A stretch of DNA of 64,000 bases, from assembly GCF_009914755.1 (NCBI RefSeq), contig NC_060926.1. One strand, 5' to 3'. Below, piece by piece: positions 26,962-41,727 of the stretch. The DNA is from the human T2T-CHM13v2.0 reference genome, Homo sapiens. Under the pieces are notes generated by a model. The model was not told where the DNA came from, ran no database searches, and was given only the letters and a program-made list of their open reading frames with translations. The position numbers were made by a program, and so were the translations under genes. Each line of letters starts with the position of its first letter. Position 1 is the first letter of the stretch.

Positions 26962-29900
26962 ATGGGCAACCTTCCATCCTCCATTCCTCCTCCTTCTCGC
27001 TTAGCCTGTCCTCAAGAACTTAAAACCTCTTCAACTCACACCTGACCTAAAACCTAAATGCATTATTTTCTTCTGCAACACCACTTGGCCCCAATACAAA
27101 CTTGACAATGGCTCTAAATGGCCAGAAAAGGGCACTTTCGATTTCTCCATCCTACAAGACCTAAATAATTTTTGTAGAAAAATGGGCAAATGGTCTGAGG
27201 TGCCTTACGTCCAGGCATTTTTCACACTTCACTCCCTCCCTAGCCTCTGTTCCCAATGCGATTCCTCCCAGATCCTCCTTTCCCTCCTGCCTATCCCCTC
27301 AGTCCCAACCCCAAGCGTCGCTGAGTTTTTCCAGTCTTCCTTTTCTACAGACCCATCTGACCTTTCCCCTCCTCCCCAGGCTGCTCGTCGCCAGGCCGAG
27401 CTAAGTCCCAATTCTTCCTCAGCCCCAACTCCTCCACCCTATAATCCTTCTATCACCTCCCCTCCTCACACCTGGTCTGGCTTACAGTTTAGTTCCGCGA
27501 CTAGCTCTTCCCCACCTGCCCAGCAATTTACTCTTAAAAAGATGGCTAGAGCTAAAGGCATAGTCAAGGTTAATGCTCCTTTTTCTTTATCCCAAATCAG
27601 ATAGCATTTAGGCTCTTTTTCATCAAATATAAAAATCCAGCCCAGTTCATGGCTCGTTTGGCAGCAACTCTGAGACGCTTTACAGCCCTAGACCCTAAAA
27701 GGTCAAAAGGCCGTCTTATTCTCAATATACATTTTATTACCCAATCTGCTCCCAACATTAAATAAAACTCCAAAAATTAGAATCTGGCACTCAAACCCCA
27801 CAACAGGACTTAATTAACCTCACCTTCAAGGTGTACGATAATAGAATAAAGTTGCAATTCCTTGCCTCCACTGTGAGACAAACCCCAGCCACATCTCCAG
27901 CACACAAGAACTTCCAAACGCCCGAACCGCAGCGGCCAGGGGTTCCTCCAGAACCTCCTCCCCCAGGAGCTTACTACAAGTGCCAGAAATCTGGCCACCA
28001 GGCCAAGGAATGCCCACAGCCCAGGATTCCTCCTAAGCCGTGTCCCATCTGTGCGGGACCCCACTGAAAAATCGGACTGTTCAACTCACCTGGTAGCCAC
28101 TTCCAGAGCCCCTGGAACTCTGGCCCAAGGCTCTCTGACTCCTTCCCAGATCTTCTCAGCTTAGCGGCTGAAGACTGACACTGCCCAATCGCCTCGGAAG
28201 CCCCCTAGACCATCACGGATGCCAAGCTTCGGGTAACTCTCACAGTGGAGGTTAAGTCCGTCCCTTCTTAATCAATACGGAGGCTACCTGCTCCACATTA
28301 CCTTCTTTTCAAGGGCCTGTTTCCCTTGCTTCCATAACTGTTGTGGGTATTGACGGCCAGGCTTCTAAACCTCTTAAAACTCCCCAACTCTCGTGCCAAC
28401 TTGGACAACACTCTTTTATGCACTCTTTGTTAGTTATCCCCACCTGCCCAGTTCCCTTATTAGGCCGAGATATTTTAACCAAATTATCTGCTTCCCTGAC
28501 TATTCCTGGACTACAGCCACATCTCATTGCCGCCCTTCTCCCCAACCCAAAGCCTCCTTCGTGTCTTCCTCTCATATCCCCCCACCTTAACCCACAAGTA
28601 TGGGACATCTCTACTCCTTCCCTGGCAACCGATCTCATGCCCATTACCATCCCATTAAAATCTAATCACCTTTACCCCACTCAACGCCAATATCCCATCC
28701 CACAGCATGCTTTAAAAGGATTAAAGCCTGTTACCACTCGCCTGCTACAGCATGGGCTTCTAAAACCTATAAACTCTCCTTACCATTCCCCCATTTTACC
28801 TCTCCTAAAACGAGACAAGGCTTACAGGTTAGTTCAGAATCTGCACCTTATCAACCAAATTGTTTTGCCTATCCACCCCGTGGTGCCAAACCCATATACT
28901 CTCCTATCCTCAATACCTCCCTCTACTACCCATTATTCTGTTCTGGATCTCAAACATGCTTTCTTTACTATTCCTTTGCACGCTTCATCCCAGCCTCTCT
29001 TTGCCTTCACTTAGACTGACCCTGACACCCATTAGGCTCAGCAAATTGACTGGGCTGTACTGCCGCAAGGCTTCACAGACAGCCCCCATTACTTCAGTCA
29101 AGCCCAAATTTCATCCTCATCTGTTACCTATCTCGGCATAATTCTCGTAAAAACACACGTGCTCTCCCTGCTGATCGTGTCCGATTAATCTCCCAAACCT
29201 CAATCCCTTACTAAAGAACAACTCCTTTCCTTCCTAGGCATGGTTAGTGCGGTCAGAATTCTTACACAAGAGCCAGGACCACACCGGGTAGCCTTTCTGT
29301 CCAAACAACTTGACCTTACTGTTTTAGCCTAGCCCTCATGTCTGCATGCAGTGGCTGCCGCTGCTTTAATACTGTTAGAGGCCCTAAAAATCACAAACTA
29401 TGCTCAACTCATTCTCTACATTTCTCATAACTTCCAAAATCTATTTTCTTCTCACACCTGACGCATATACTTTCTGCTCCCCGGCTCCTTCAGCTGTACT
29501 CACTCTTTGTTAAGTCCCACAATTACCATTGTTCCTGGCCCGGACTTCAATCCGGCCTCCCACATTATTCCTGATACCACACCTGACCCCCATGACTGTA
29601 TCTCTCTGATCCACCTGATATTCACCCCATTTCCCCGTATTTCCTTCTTTCCTGTTCCTCACCCCGATCACACTTGATTTATTGATGGCAGTTCCACCAG
29701 GCCTAATCGCCACACACCAGCAAAGGCAGGCTATGCTATAGTACAAACCACTACCCCGCCTCTCAGAACCTCTCATTTCCTTTCCATCATGGAAATCTAT
29801 CCTCAAGGAAATAACTTCTCAGTGTTCCATCTGCTATTCTACTACTCCTCAGGGATTATTCAGGCCCCCTCTCTTCCCTACACATCAAGCTCGAGGATTT

Positions 29901-30400
29901 GCCCCGACCCAGGACTGGCAAATTAGCTTTACTCAACATGTCCCGAGTCAGGAAACTAAAATACCTCTTAGTCTAAATAGACACTTTCACTGAATAAGTA
30001 GAGGCCTTTCCTACAGGGTCTGAGAAGGACACCACAGTCATTTCTTCCCTTCTGTCAGACATAATTCCTCAGTTTAGCCTTCCCACCTCTATACAGTCTG
30101 ATAACAGACTAGCCTTTATTAGTCAAATTAGCCAAGCAGTTTTTCAGGCTCTTAGTATTCAGTGAAATCTTTATATCCCTTATGGTCCTCTGTCTTCAAG
30201 AAAATTAGAATGGACAAAAGGTCTTTTAAAAACACACCTCACCAAGCTCAGCCACCAACTTAAAAAGGACTGGACAATACTTTTACCACTTTCGCTTCTC
30301 AGAAGTCAGACCTGTCCTCAAAATGCTACAGGGCACAGCCCATTTAAGCTCCTGTATAGACACTCCTTTTTATTAGGCCCCAGTCTCATTCGACACCAGA
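26962..30400 (+). pseudogene. Decayed HERV-H gag-pro-pol
   Basis: MGNLP gag start at 26962. Zinc-knuckle remnants (YKCQKSGHQAKEC, CPICAGPH) at about 27975-28065. Degenerate protease motif INTEAT near 28270. RT motifs YRLVQNL, VLDLKHAFF and LPQGF, RNase H IDGSS near 29680, integrase remnants. Many stops, frameshifts and deletions. Confidence 0.9.
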
Positions 30401-30998
30401 CCAACTTAGACTGTGCCCCAAAAAAACTTGTCATCCGTACTATCTTTTGTCTAGTCATACTCCTATTCACCGTTCTCAACTACTCATACATGCCCTGCTC
30501 TTGTTTACACTGCCGGTTTACGCTGTTTCTCCAAGCCATCACAGCTGATATCTCCTGGTGCTATCCCCAAACTGCCACTCTAAACTCTTGAAGTAAATAA
30601 ATAATCTTTGCTGGCAGGACTATGCTGAATCTCCTTAGGCACTCTCTAATCAGATGTCCTAGGCCCTCCCAATTCTTAGACCTTTTATACCTGTTTTTCT
30701 CCTTCTCTTATTCCATTTAGTTTCTCAATTCATACAAAACCGTATCCAGCCCATCACCAATCATTCTATATGACAAATGTTTCTTCTTACATCCCCACAA
30801 TACCACCCCTTACCACAAGACCTCCCTTCAGCTTAATCTCTCCCACTCTAGGTTCCCACGCCACCCCTAATCCCACTTGAAGCAGCCCTGAGAAACATCG
30901 CCCATTCTCTCTCCATACCACCCCCCCAAAATTTTCGCTGCCCCAACACTTCAACACTATTTTGTTTTATTTTTCTTATTAATATAAGAAGGCAGGAA

Positions 30999-31429
30999 TG
31001 TCAGGCCTCTGAGCCCAAGCCAAGCCATCGCATCCCCTGTGACTTGCACGTATACACCCAGATGGCCCGAAGTAACTGAAGATCCACAAAAGAAGTAAAA
31101 ATAGCCTTAACTGATGACATTCCGCCATTGTGATTTGTTCCTGCCCCACCCTAACTGATCAATGTACTTTGTAATCTCCCCCACCCTTAAGAAGGTTCTT
31201 TGTAATTCTCCCCACCCTTGAGAATGTACTTTGTGAGATCCACCCCTGCCCGCAAAACATTGCTCTTAACTTCACCGCCTGACCCAAAACCTATAAGAAC
31301 TAATGATAATCCATCTCCCTTTGCTGACTCTCTTTTCGGACTCAGCCCACCTGCATCCAGGTGAAATAAACAGCCGTGTTGCTCACACAAAGCCTGTTTG
31401 GTGGTCTCTTCACACGGACGCGCATGAAA
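30999..31429 (+). repeat. HERV-H 3' LTR
   Basis: 431 bp. About 9 substitutions and 2 small indels versus the 5' LTR by eye. Intact TATAA at 31292-31296. Confidence 0.93.
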
Positions 31430-31468
31430 CTAGCCAAACATGATGGCACACGCCTATAATCTCAGCTA

Positions 31469-31882
<414 letters not shown>

Positions 31883-33908
31883 AAAAAAATATTTTTTTAA
31901 AGGGAGGAAAAAGTAAATATTATCATAAGGAAATACGAATGTGTAGAGGCAACGAATGCTCAGGAGTTGAGAAGAGTGACATCTCTGGACTGGCATGATC
32001 AAATACTTCACTTAGAAGGTGGAGCTGGTTAGGTGATGAAAGATGAGCTCATAGTTTGAAAAATAAATCTGAAGTTAGTAATAGAGAATAAATTTTTCCC
32101 AATATGCTTTGTCCATCTCTTGGCAGCATGGAAACACATTTTCATGAATACATGTTAATACCAACATTTTCTTGTTTACTAGTCCAATAAATGTTGTGTT
32201 TTACTTTAGTGATTTGTCCCATATCAAATGAAATAGTTCTGTGATTAACCCTAAGATACTGTTTAATTAAAAGAAATGTTGTTCCCTATTTCCTTTGAAA
32301 CCATAAAGGGAGTGGATGTTGATCCCCAGTTAGCCAAGAGCTAGAACTAATTAGTCAACAGTGAACAATAGCTTTTGGATTGATGAGAAAACATTCTGAC
32401 TCAGCTATCTGAACATTACTCAAAAGTGATGCTCCAAAGTATCAAAGAGCTATTTTTCTCCAGGTGTTTGACTACAGACACAAAGTTATGAGGAAACTAT
32501 CTAGTTGATGCAGACTCTCTAAATTATGTACATGGCTAAGATAAAATTCATTTATTTTTCTTGACTCATATTTCCATTTACCTGTTATAATGTGTCCACA
32601 TATGAGTGAAAATGATTGCTCTTAGAACCCAAATGTAGCACTGTCAAAATTTCCAGATGTTCTTAAATAAATTGCCACTGGTTTAGCTCCAATGGTATTA
32701 CAATTTTATTTTAGTCAAATTTCTTACACAGGATGCTTTTTACTTTTAATTAAATATAAATTACTTGATATTACCCTATGCATTTTGAATATCCCTTTGG
32801 GAAAACAAGATGAAAATCACTTTTCTTGGTCAACTTATGTTTGCACACTCATGGTAACCTTGGCACTCAACGCTATCCATAAGAATGCTCCAAATAGATA
32901 TGTCTGTGAGAAAACACTATATTTCTCTATAGTTTTGCCACTTCATAGGGACAGAGCAATTAGATTAGAAAGAAACTGTAGAGTGGAATAAATTGTTAAT
33001 TGGTGCTTTGGTAGATTTTAAATAGTTAACTGTAAACATAAACACGTAACAGCAGAAAACTGTTTAAATACTTGTAAATTTAAACCGTTTAAATGTTTGT
33101 AACCAGATAAAATTATAAAGTAGCAATGTTTCTCTGCAGTGCCTACCACACATCTCTCCTTCCCATGTTTATCTGGGGACTTCAGGTTGCTCCACAGCCT
33201 TCCAGATCATCCTACAGGAGGAGAGACCATGTTCCACTCAGGTCGTGGCCCCATTCCCTTATCCCCGCCTTTTCCTTTAGTTCCTTTGGTACTGGGCCCA
33301 GACTTCTTTAAGAGAATCCGGCTCCAAGTTACTGTTTTGTAAACCCCTTCTCTTAATAATTCCTGACAGCAAGCTTAGCTCATTTCCCAGCAACTCTCAT
33401 ACCCATCAGCCAAATTCTAGCTTCCTACACTGCCACAAATCTAGAAAAACCACAGGCTTCTTGCCAGCCTCACCTGTTTTGATCAGTCCATCAATACCCA
33501 AAAGCTTCCAATTAAGAAGAGGTTCTTTCACTTTGTTATATCTCACATAACCTACTTCTACTAATTTGTCCGCGAAAATCTATTTATTTTGGACCTTTTA
33601 TTTCCTACCAACTCCTGAAGGCCATAAGAAAATGAACATGTGTAAACATGCTTGCTCACTTGATATATTAAGAAAAGCTAGCCTATTGAATTAATTTTCA
33701 GCCCTTGATTCAAAATTAGAAAGAGAATATAGAAGAACTTTTAAAGAGAGCTTCATAGCACTTGAGCATTATATGCATATTAATCATTTAAGGTTTAAAA
33801 GGTTACTTTTCTGGTTTGACAATGTACATAAATTTTGCGCATATATATCAGAGTGGAAGTTTATATGACAAAAAATTTAAAAATAAGTTATTCAACATAT
33901 AGGTCACC

Positions 33909-34281
33909 TGTCTTGGCCCATTTTGTGTTGCTATAACAGAATACCACAGACTGAGTAATTTATAAAGAAATTGATTTCTCACAGTTCTGGAGGTGAGGAA
34001 GTCCAAGATTATGGTGCTGACATCCGGTGAGAGCTTTCATGTTGTGTCATCTCAAGGCAGAAGGTGGAAGGGCAAGAGAGTGTGAGAGAGCAGGGAGAGA
34101 AGGAAAGTCAGACTGATCCATTTATCAGAAATCTGCTTCTGCCATAACTAACCCACTTCTGGGATAATGCTATTAATTCATTGATGAGGGCATTGTCCCC
34201 GTGATCCAAACACCTCTCAAAGGTCCCATCTCTCAAAACTGTTGCATTGGGGATGAAGTTTCCAACACATAAACTTTAGGG
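33909..34281 (-). mobile_element. MaLR LTR (MST/MLT1A-type)
   Basis: tgtctt..gttgctataacagaataccacagactg ... aaaccatagca. Confidence 0.8.
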
Positions 34282-34649
34282 GACACGTTCAAACCATAGC
34301 ACTACCTAAAAGTATAATCAGTCAGAAAATATAAGAACTGCAAAAGACACTGTTGAATAGAAAACCAAAAAATATCTGGTTGTTAAAGTATCATATTTAG
34401 CAAAGGCCAGAGGCATTATAAAGCAACAGTAAAATAATGAGAATGTATGTAAATGAAAGTTTATTGAGAAGATCTAAGGTAATTGCTGATATCATTTATA
34501 ACTAGAAGAAAAAAAACAGCTGATGACACAAAAGTAAAAATAATTTAAAAATCTATATGGTGACCCAATAATTTAAGGAAAGGTTGCTTGCTTGCCAAAA
34601 AGGAAAGAGCAGCTTCTCTTCACTTTTTCTCCAGTAAGAAAAAAAAATC

Positions 34650-34812
<163 letters not shown>

Positions 34813-35856
34813 TCAAGAAACTGTTGAGGAGACAAAGACCACAATCTAGAATTTATTAATGAATATTTCATTCCAGTTCATTCAAGTTCGATAGAGATAA
34901 ATCTTCAGTGAACAGCCATACCTTCCATTTTAATGATTAAGCCAGCGTCCTGATCAGGCAAAACCACCTTGAGAAGAAGCAGTAGTAGGCTCCAAGAGAA
35001 GGAACCAAGGTGACTGGCCACGGCTGCACCCTTACAAGGCACCTCAATAGCTGGGTAGGGAAAACTGCCAAGTGCATGCCTGCTTGTGTTCTGAGTAATC
35101 AAATGCTGGTGTCTTAAAAATAAATGGAAACAACCATTGGCAGTAGTTGTTTATCTGACATTATAATTTGTTTACCATCCCTCCTATTTTGCCTCTTGAT
35201 GAAATCTGTATTTTATACTACAGTTATATAAATTAACTTCACTGGAAAGTAATACAAAATTAATAAAATAGACTATTGTCATTGGTGGACTTGAGTTTTC
35301 AGGGAGGCATTTGAGGCACTAATTTGAGAAGAAGAAAAAAATCAGTGGAAATGGGAAATCTTTCTCTGGCCCGTACAGGAAAGAAAAAAAAAAAAGATGA
35401 AGAAAAGAGAAAAAGCTGTGAACCTTCAAGAAAACAGGAATAAGTCCACTTCCCACTGAATTGGGGGAAAACCAGTGAGAAAAAAAGCAGAAAAAAGTTA
35501 CAATGAGCACAGTGACTGTCAGTAGGTGACACCGTAATAGAGTAACAGGGCACATCTGGAGACTAGGTGGCATCAAAAGAGGCACCAACAGGTTTATAGA
35601 GAGAAATTGACATAGACAATTCAGAGGCATTTGCAGCTGAAAAGAAACAAGGAGACTTGAATTATATTTGGGTAGCGTTATGTTTTATTTTCTGGCATAC
35701 TTATTAATATAAATTTCTTATAAGAGTACTTGTCCCAAATTTTCCTTAGTTTCAAGTGTTGGGGCAAGGGAACCATACTATCCAGCAATATTCCACAAAA
35801 TCAGCCAGATGAGTCTGCCAAAATTTGCACTAAGGGTAGTATAAGAATGAGCATTA

Positions 35857-36200
<344 letters not shown>

Positions 36201-37065
36201 TTATTTTCTTAGGTCTTTGTTTTTCATTTGTATTCTTTCCTCTAAGTTTTTATATTCAAACATATTAAAATTTCCTGTCTTTAAAAAAGGAAAACTTCAT
36301 TGTAAACAAGGTAGGGATGAAGTGGGACTAAAGGTGAGGATGTCTATTTTACATTAAACATTTTAATTTTTTTAAGCTGTAAGTTTAGTAGGATTTTTTC
36401 TTCTCTTTTTAAGTGTGATCAAAATGTCTTGACAGCAAAAGAGCTGCACCAATATTGCTCATCAAAATAGCTTAATCAAAATGTTATGTAGCTAAATAAA
36501 AATCCCACTTAAGTCAGATGGGTGTTGGTCTACAGAAACAAAACAAAGTAGCCTATTAAGATAATTGTTTACATAATTTAAGCAAACAGACATGTAATTG
36601 CTCAATTTTCTGCCTGATTTGACTAGGGCAGACATAAAAGTAAGCTAGTTGTTTCTAATCTGGTATTAAAGGGTTTAGCATAGGAGATTTGTTAATTCCT
36701 TGTTCTTATTGTTTAAAGAAAGAAATGTTAGTTTCATTCCATGTTGCAAAGACAGAGACAGTAACTTTGTAACTCCGGAGGATTGATTTGCTCTTTGGAA
36801 AACTGGATTAGTGCATACCCCGGATGTCTGTGAGTCTCACCAAACTGGGATTTGTGATGAACTGAATTACCACCAGTGCCTGAATTTCAGTATCTCATTC
36901 ACCCCCAGCCATGGAAATGCAAGACTCCTGGTACCCCAAGTGCCTACATTGTGCTGTTGATGTACGCAGGTCTGTGGGTAAGTGAGCACGGGAGACAGCA
37001 AGCGCTCTCCAGACTGCATCTACCCAGATGGGCCAGCTAAACTCAGCCTCAGCCTTCTCCTTTTG

Positions 37066-37815
37066 TTATGAGCTAAACTGTGTCCCCTCAAAATCCATAG
37101 TTGAAGCTGTAAGCCCCAGCACCTCAGAGTATGACTGTATTTAGAGATAAAGTCTTCATAGATGTAATTGAGTTAAAATGAAGAATTTTTGGCTAGACAC
37201 AGTGGCTCACACCTATAATCCCTATAATCCCTGCACTTTGGGAGGCCGAGGCGGGCGGATCACTCACTTGAGGTCAGGAGTTTGAGACCAGCCTGGCCAA
37301 CATGATGAAATGCTGTCTCTACTAAAAATATTATATGTATATGTATATATATTAGCTGGGCATGGTGGCTTGAGCCTGTAATCCCAGCTACTCGCGAGGC
37401 TGAGGCAGGAGAATCACTTGAACCCAGGAGGTGGAAGTTGCAGTGAGCCAAGATCACACCATTGCCCTCCGGCATGGGCGACAGAGTGAGACTGTCTCAA
37501 ATTAAAAATAAAAAGAAAAAAGAGAGAAAAGAAAATTTGTTAAGGGTGTGCCCTAATCCAGTCTGACTGGTATCTAGAGGAAATTTGGACACATAAGAAA
37601 ACAGCATGGATGCACTCACACAGAGGAGAGACCACGCGAGGACACAGTGAGATGACGACCATGTGCGGGCCGAGGAGAGACGCCTCAGCAGAAACCAACC
37701 CAGCTGACACCTTCGTCTTAGACTTCTAGCCTCCGGAACTGTGAGGACATGAATTTATTTTGCTTCAGCTGTCCAGTCTGTGATATTTTGTGATGGGAGC
37801 TCTCACAGACTGATA
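37066..37815 (+). mobile_element. MLT1B-like LTR interrupted by an AluS (37191-37530)
   Basis: tgttatgagctaaactgtgtcccc ... gactgataca. The Alu's middle linker has become a TA-rich microsatellite. Confidence 0.85.
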
Positions 37816-40800
37816 CACCATCCATAGTCATCCCAGTGGTTCCTGGGAGTCTCCACAGAGATGGGACAGATATGATTCTGTTCTTCCTTCTGGCTTCTTT
37901 GTCGTCTTGAATATTGCTCTCTCCTAGAAATAACAGCAACTGGCCGTTAACTGGGTGACTTACTAGTGAGAGCAGAACCAGAGCTTTCTGCCTACCCTAT
38001 GACCCACCTACAGGTGAGAAAACTAGAAATTCTAAAGAAGAATTCGAGTCGTTGAGATGCAGAACTGTCAGCCAGATTAGGAGGGAGGGCCTGGGGTGCT
38101 TCCTACTCAAGCCAATTGTGAGGGCTTCCTGAGGAGCAGAGTGTGGGCCAATCTCGCAAGAAGGATCAATAAACAGTGTCTTTCTCCCCAGCTGGTTGGA
38201 TACTTAGATGAAGGACCTGGACACTGCTGCCCCTGTGAGCCCAGAGTGGGACACCATGAGCGAGTTCCTGGGAGATCCTGATTGAAGTCCCCTGGAGTTT
38301 GGAGACACATGGGAAGTTAAAAACTGAGGCAAACTCTTGCCTAAAGAACTCTGAAGGCATGAGGCTGGGGAGCTTCCCATGATGACAGTGCTGAGAAAGA
38401 GGTCTACAGAGTGAGCAGCCCATGCTTACACCATCTGTTGGGCAAGGATACATGGTTTTCCCTGGGGCCAAGTGGAAAGACAGCCCTGAGGAGAGCTAGA
38501 CTTGAGTCACCTTGAAAAGGTCCCACGAAAAGGGTTAGCAGGGTTGAGGAGGCCCCACCAGGAGACCACCCCAACGTAACAGGAAGAGAGGATGCAGAGT
38601 GGGGGAGGATGTGATGGAGAAAAGTGAAAGCACAAACCAGTTCCCAGGTCAGGTCTGAGCAGGCCGGGAGGCTAACACAAATATAAGATAGAGGTTGTGA
38701 TTTACATTGAATCAGACTTCTTCATACCTAATAGTAAGACTGTTCTTATATGTGAAAGTCACTGAAAAGCCATGGACTCCAGCCAAAGACGACAGCCAGG
38801 AGTGTGGAAGGGAAATGGGACAGTTCATGTTTGAAGATGAGGATGGGAGGAGAAAGGGAGCTTTAGCCTTAGTGTACTGTAGCAAATTCAACCCTTTCAA
38901 ATTTTAGCTCTAACCACCTTGGACAGACACCATTGCAGCCCTCAATTTTCATCTCTCCGAGATGGTTCCCACCCCCTGCCTCACCATGCACAGAGCCCTT
39001 TCATTTTCTTTCAAAAACGATAGCAGTGTCCTGATAAATATCAGTTCATGAGAATATAAATGCTTAAGACGTTTGCTATTCCAATACAATGAGACTCAAC
39101 TTTGAGATCACCTGGCACCACCATAGCAGTAATTAATCTACATTTAAACCACCAATCAAGATCAATGCCAAGTAGAAATAGTTACTAGAGAATGGAAGTA
39201 CAGATGAGAACTATCTCAATGAAAATGTCTCCAAAATTCCAGGCTGTGATCTGGATGCAATGCAATTGCTTACATAGGTCAGAAATCAAGGGAAAAAATT
39301 TACCAGCTCTCTGGTCCCATCATGAAAGGGTGATGGATTGAGGGTATTAACTACTGGAAATCGCAGGGGACCAAAGACACCAGTTTTGTGGAATAAAGTA
39401 AGTTTGAGATAAAGCGCAGTACAGACGGTCAAGGTAATGCTGCCTTTTGCTTCACCTTCAGAAGCTGAGGGTAACAAGGTTATCTTTTGCTATGAGATGC
39501 TTTGATTTGAGTCAGCCAAGTGTAGGGCTTTGGTATTTGACAAATAAGGACTCTTTCTCCTTTGCTGAACACCTGGTTTAATGGTAATATATCATCATTT
39601 TTATTTGTCAAAACAATTTTTAAATTATTCATTTCCTTTTCAAGTTTGCTTTGCCACAAACCTCAACTTCCCAGCCCTCTAAATAGGGATACCTGTGTTA
39701 TGCATTTGTTGATAGGAAAAAAAAATAGGTCCTTTAGCCTCTCATTCCTGATAAGATTTTACTCCTTAGTTCAATAATCTTCCATGAATGGGGTAAAAAC
39801 AACCAAAATTTTGGAAGCACTAGAGAGCATTTCCTTTGTCATTAACACCCAAGAAATAGTACAGAGAACTGAAGATACCTCTCCAATTCTCCCAGTAAAA
39901 TGCATAGAGAAACAACAGCATATGGATAGACTCTTGCATTTAAACAAAGGAGAGACCTCTGTAAGCTTCTATTATTATGGGTGGTATCCTACCTATGAAT
40001 GATTTATAAAGTGGAATTTGTTTGTTTCTCTGAATTGTTTTGAGGATCGATTTGCTTCTAAGTTTGTTCTGTATCTAAAAGTGATATTAAAATAGTCTCC
40101 CATAGGCAAAGGGTGACATTAGCAAAAGACTGTGCTTTTAATACTCCATGAAACAGGCATTGATTTCTATATCTGTTTAATAATAAATGTTAAATGACCC
40201 TGGAAGCAGAGACACATCTCCAGTGTCTAATAAAATAAACAATGTTTACTTCTTTGAAATTAAATTCTTTAATCAAAGATCACTGTAGGGAAATACAGCA
40301 TTGACGTCTTCCAAAAATGTCAGAAGAGTGAAGAAAGACTACAAAATTAATAACTTATACATACTGTATTTTGCAAATGATAGTGGTTATACATGTGCCA
40401 AATTATTTTTGAAAAATCAAATTTACTTGTAATTGGTTTCATAGAATAATAGTATTTTCCCTATACCCTTGGAATTTGTAATTAGCCTCTGTAGTTCTCT
40501 AAGTCACAGAAATTTCTTTTTTATGCTTGGCAACTGAATTATCATATTGATTGTTTTGACAATTTGAAAATAGCTACCTTAAATGATGGGCAAGACACAC
40601 CACTAGATGTTGTTGTACAATTTTTAAATCCATGTATTCACTCATTTGGCCCAGTTGTAGTCTTCAAATATTATTCCTTACGCAAACCTCCTACATACGT
40701 CCCTTATTTTATCAACTTTCCTTTAAATTTATCTATACAATTTCTCTTTCCTTATCTATAAGTATTTTAATTATTTTCTACTTTCTCATCTAGTTCTTCA

Positions 40801-41727
40801 TTCTTTTATTTTCTTCATTTGCTCCCAAATGACTTTCTCTACTTTGGAGAATGTCATGAGAGTTGGACTCGAGCCATTTATGTGTTTAGAACAGCATTTT
40901 CCCAATTCCTCCAATATTTTCATTGCTATTTAGAAAGGCATTTGAAACTCTCCCATCCAAGTAGTCTTTTCTGGCTAACTCAAGCTGAATCCTAAAAGAT
41001 GAATAAGTCACCTATTATTCTCCTAAGGAAACTCCTGCCTTCCTCTTACAGTTATACCTAGTGATGAGGCTGGATAGGACCTCACCAACCATCTCTAGCA
41101 GGGTGGGCACACTGGGGGAGTAGAGGACTTGCAATCAGACCTGTCATTAGAATTCCATCAGCCTGGAGGGTTGCGTGGAGGTGCTCTGCTACAGGTACTG
41201 AAGTTATATCCAAGTCATTAGCAGAACAAAATATTCAGAAAAGAGTGTAGGACTCCGTAGCTCCCTATAGCAGGCTCACTGGGCTCTCTAGCCTCACAGT
41301 GGAGCAAAGCACAGTGACAAGAGATTCAGAAGCAGGCAAAGCCCAGAGACTCAGCAGGCAGGAAAAGGGCTGAATTTAGGTGGTCTTCTAACAAATAGCC
41401 AGGCCTCTCCAGGTCATTGGCTGGTCTTAGAAAATGGGGAAAGGTTGAGCCTCCATGTAGGATCTGGTGCAGAGGTAGATTTCCCATGAAACTAAGGAAA
41501 AAAGCTTAAGGGACCCTTACTTGCACAAGGCACTTACAAAACCCCAGGAGAGGCAATGCAATGCATATTAAAAAGTGCTGTCAGTTCAGAGAATATTAAA
41601 GACTAATTGCTGCACAAAACATTTGCATTGCCCTGAAATCTTAGTGCTCATATAAGAAACCTGACAGCAGTTTTAACAAATTTGACGATAATCTTGCACA
41701 TTTACCTGACAATATGGCTTACAACTT

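Larger units (their letters stand above)
25766..31429 (+). mobile_element. HERV-H provirus (5664 bp, common internally deleted type), inserted into an Alu
   Basis: Two near-identical LTRs (TGTCAGG...CATGAAA), 5-bp TSD CTAGC (25761-25765 / 31430-31434), tRNA-His PBS, decayed gag/pro/pol, polypurine tract aagaaggcaggaa before the 3' LTR. Confidence 0.97.

Noticed and set aside
28343-29014. 223-aa pro/RT ORF as a functional enzyme
   Set aside because: No AUG start, degenerate protease motif, stop before the RT catalytic region, and deletions downstream.
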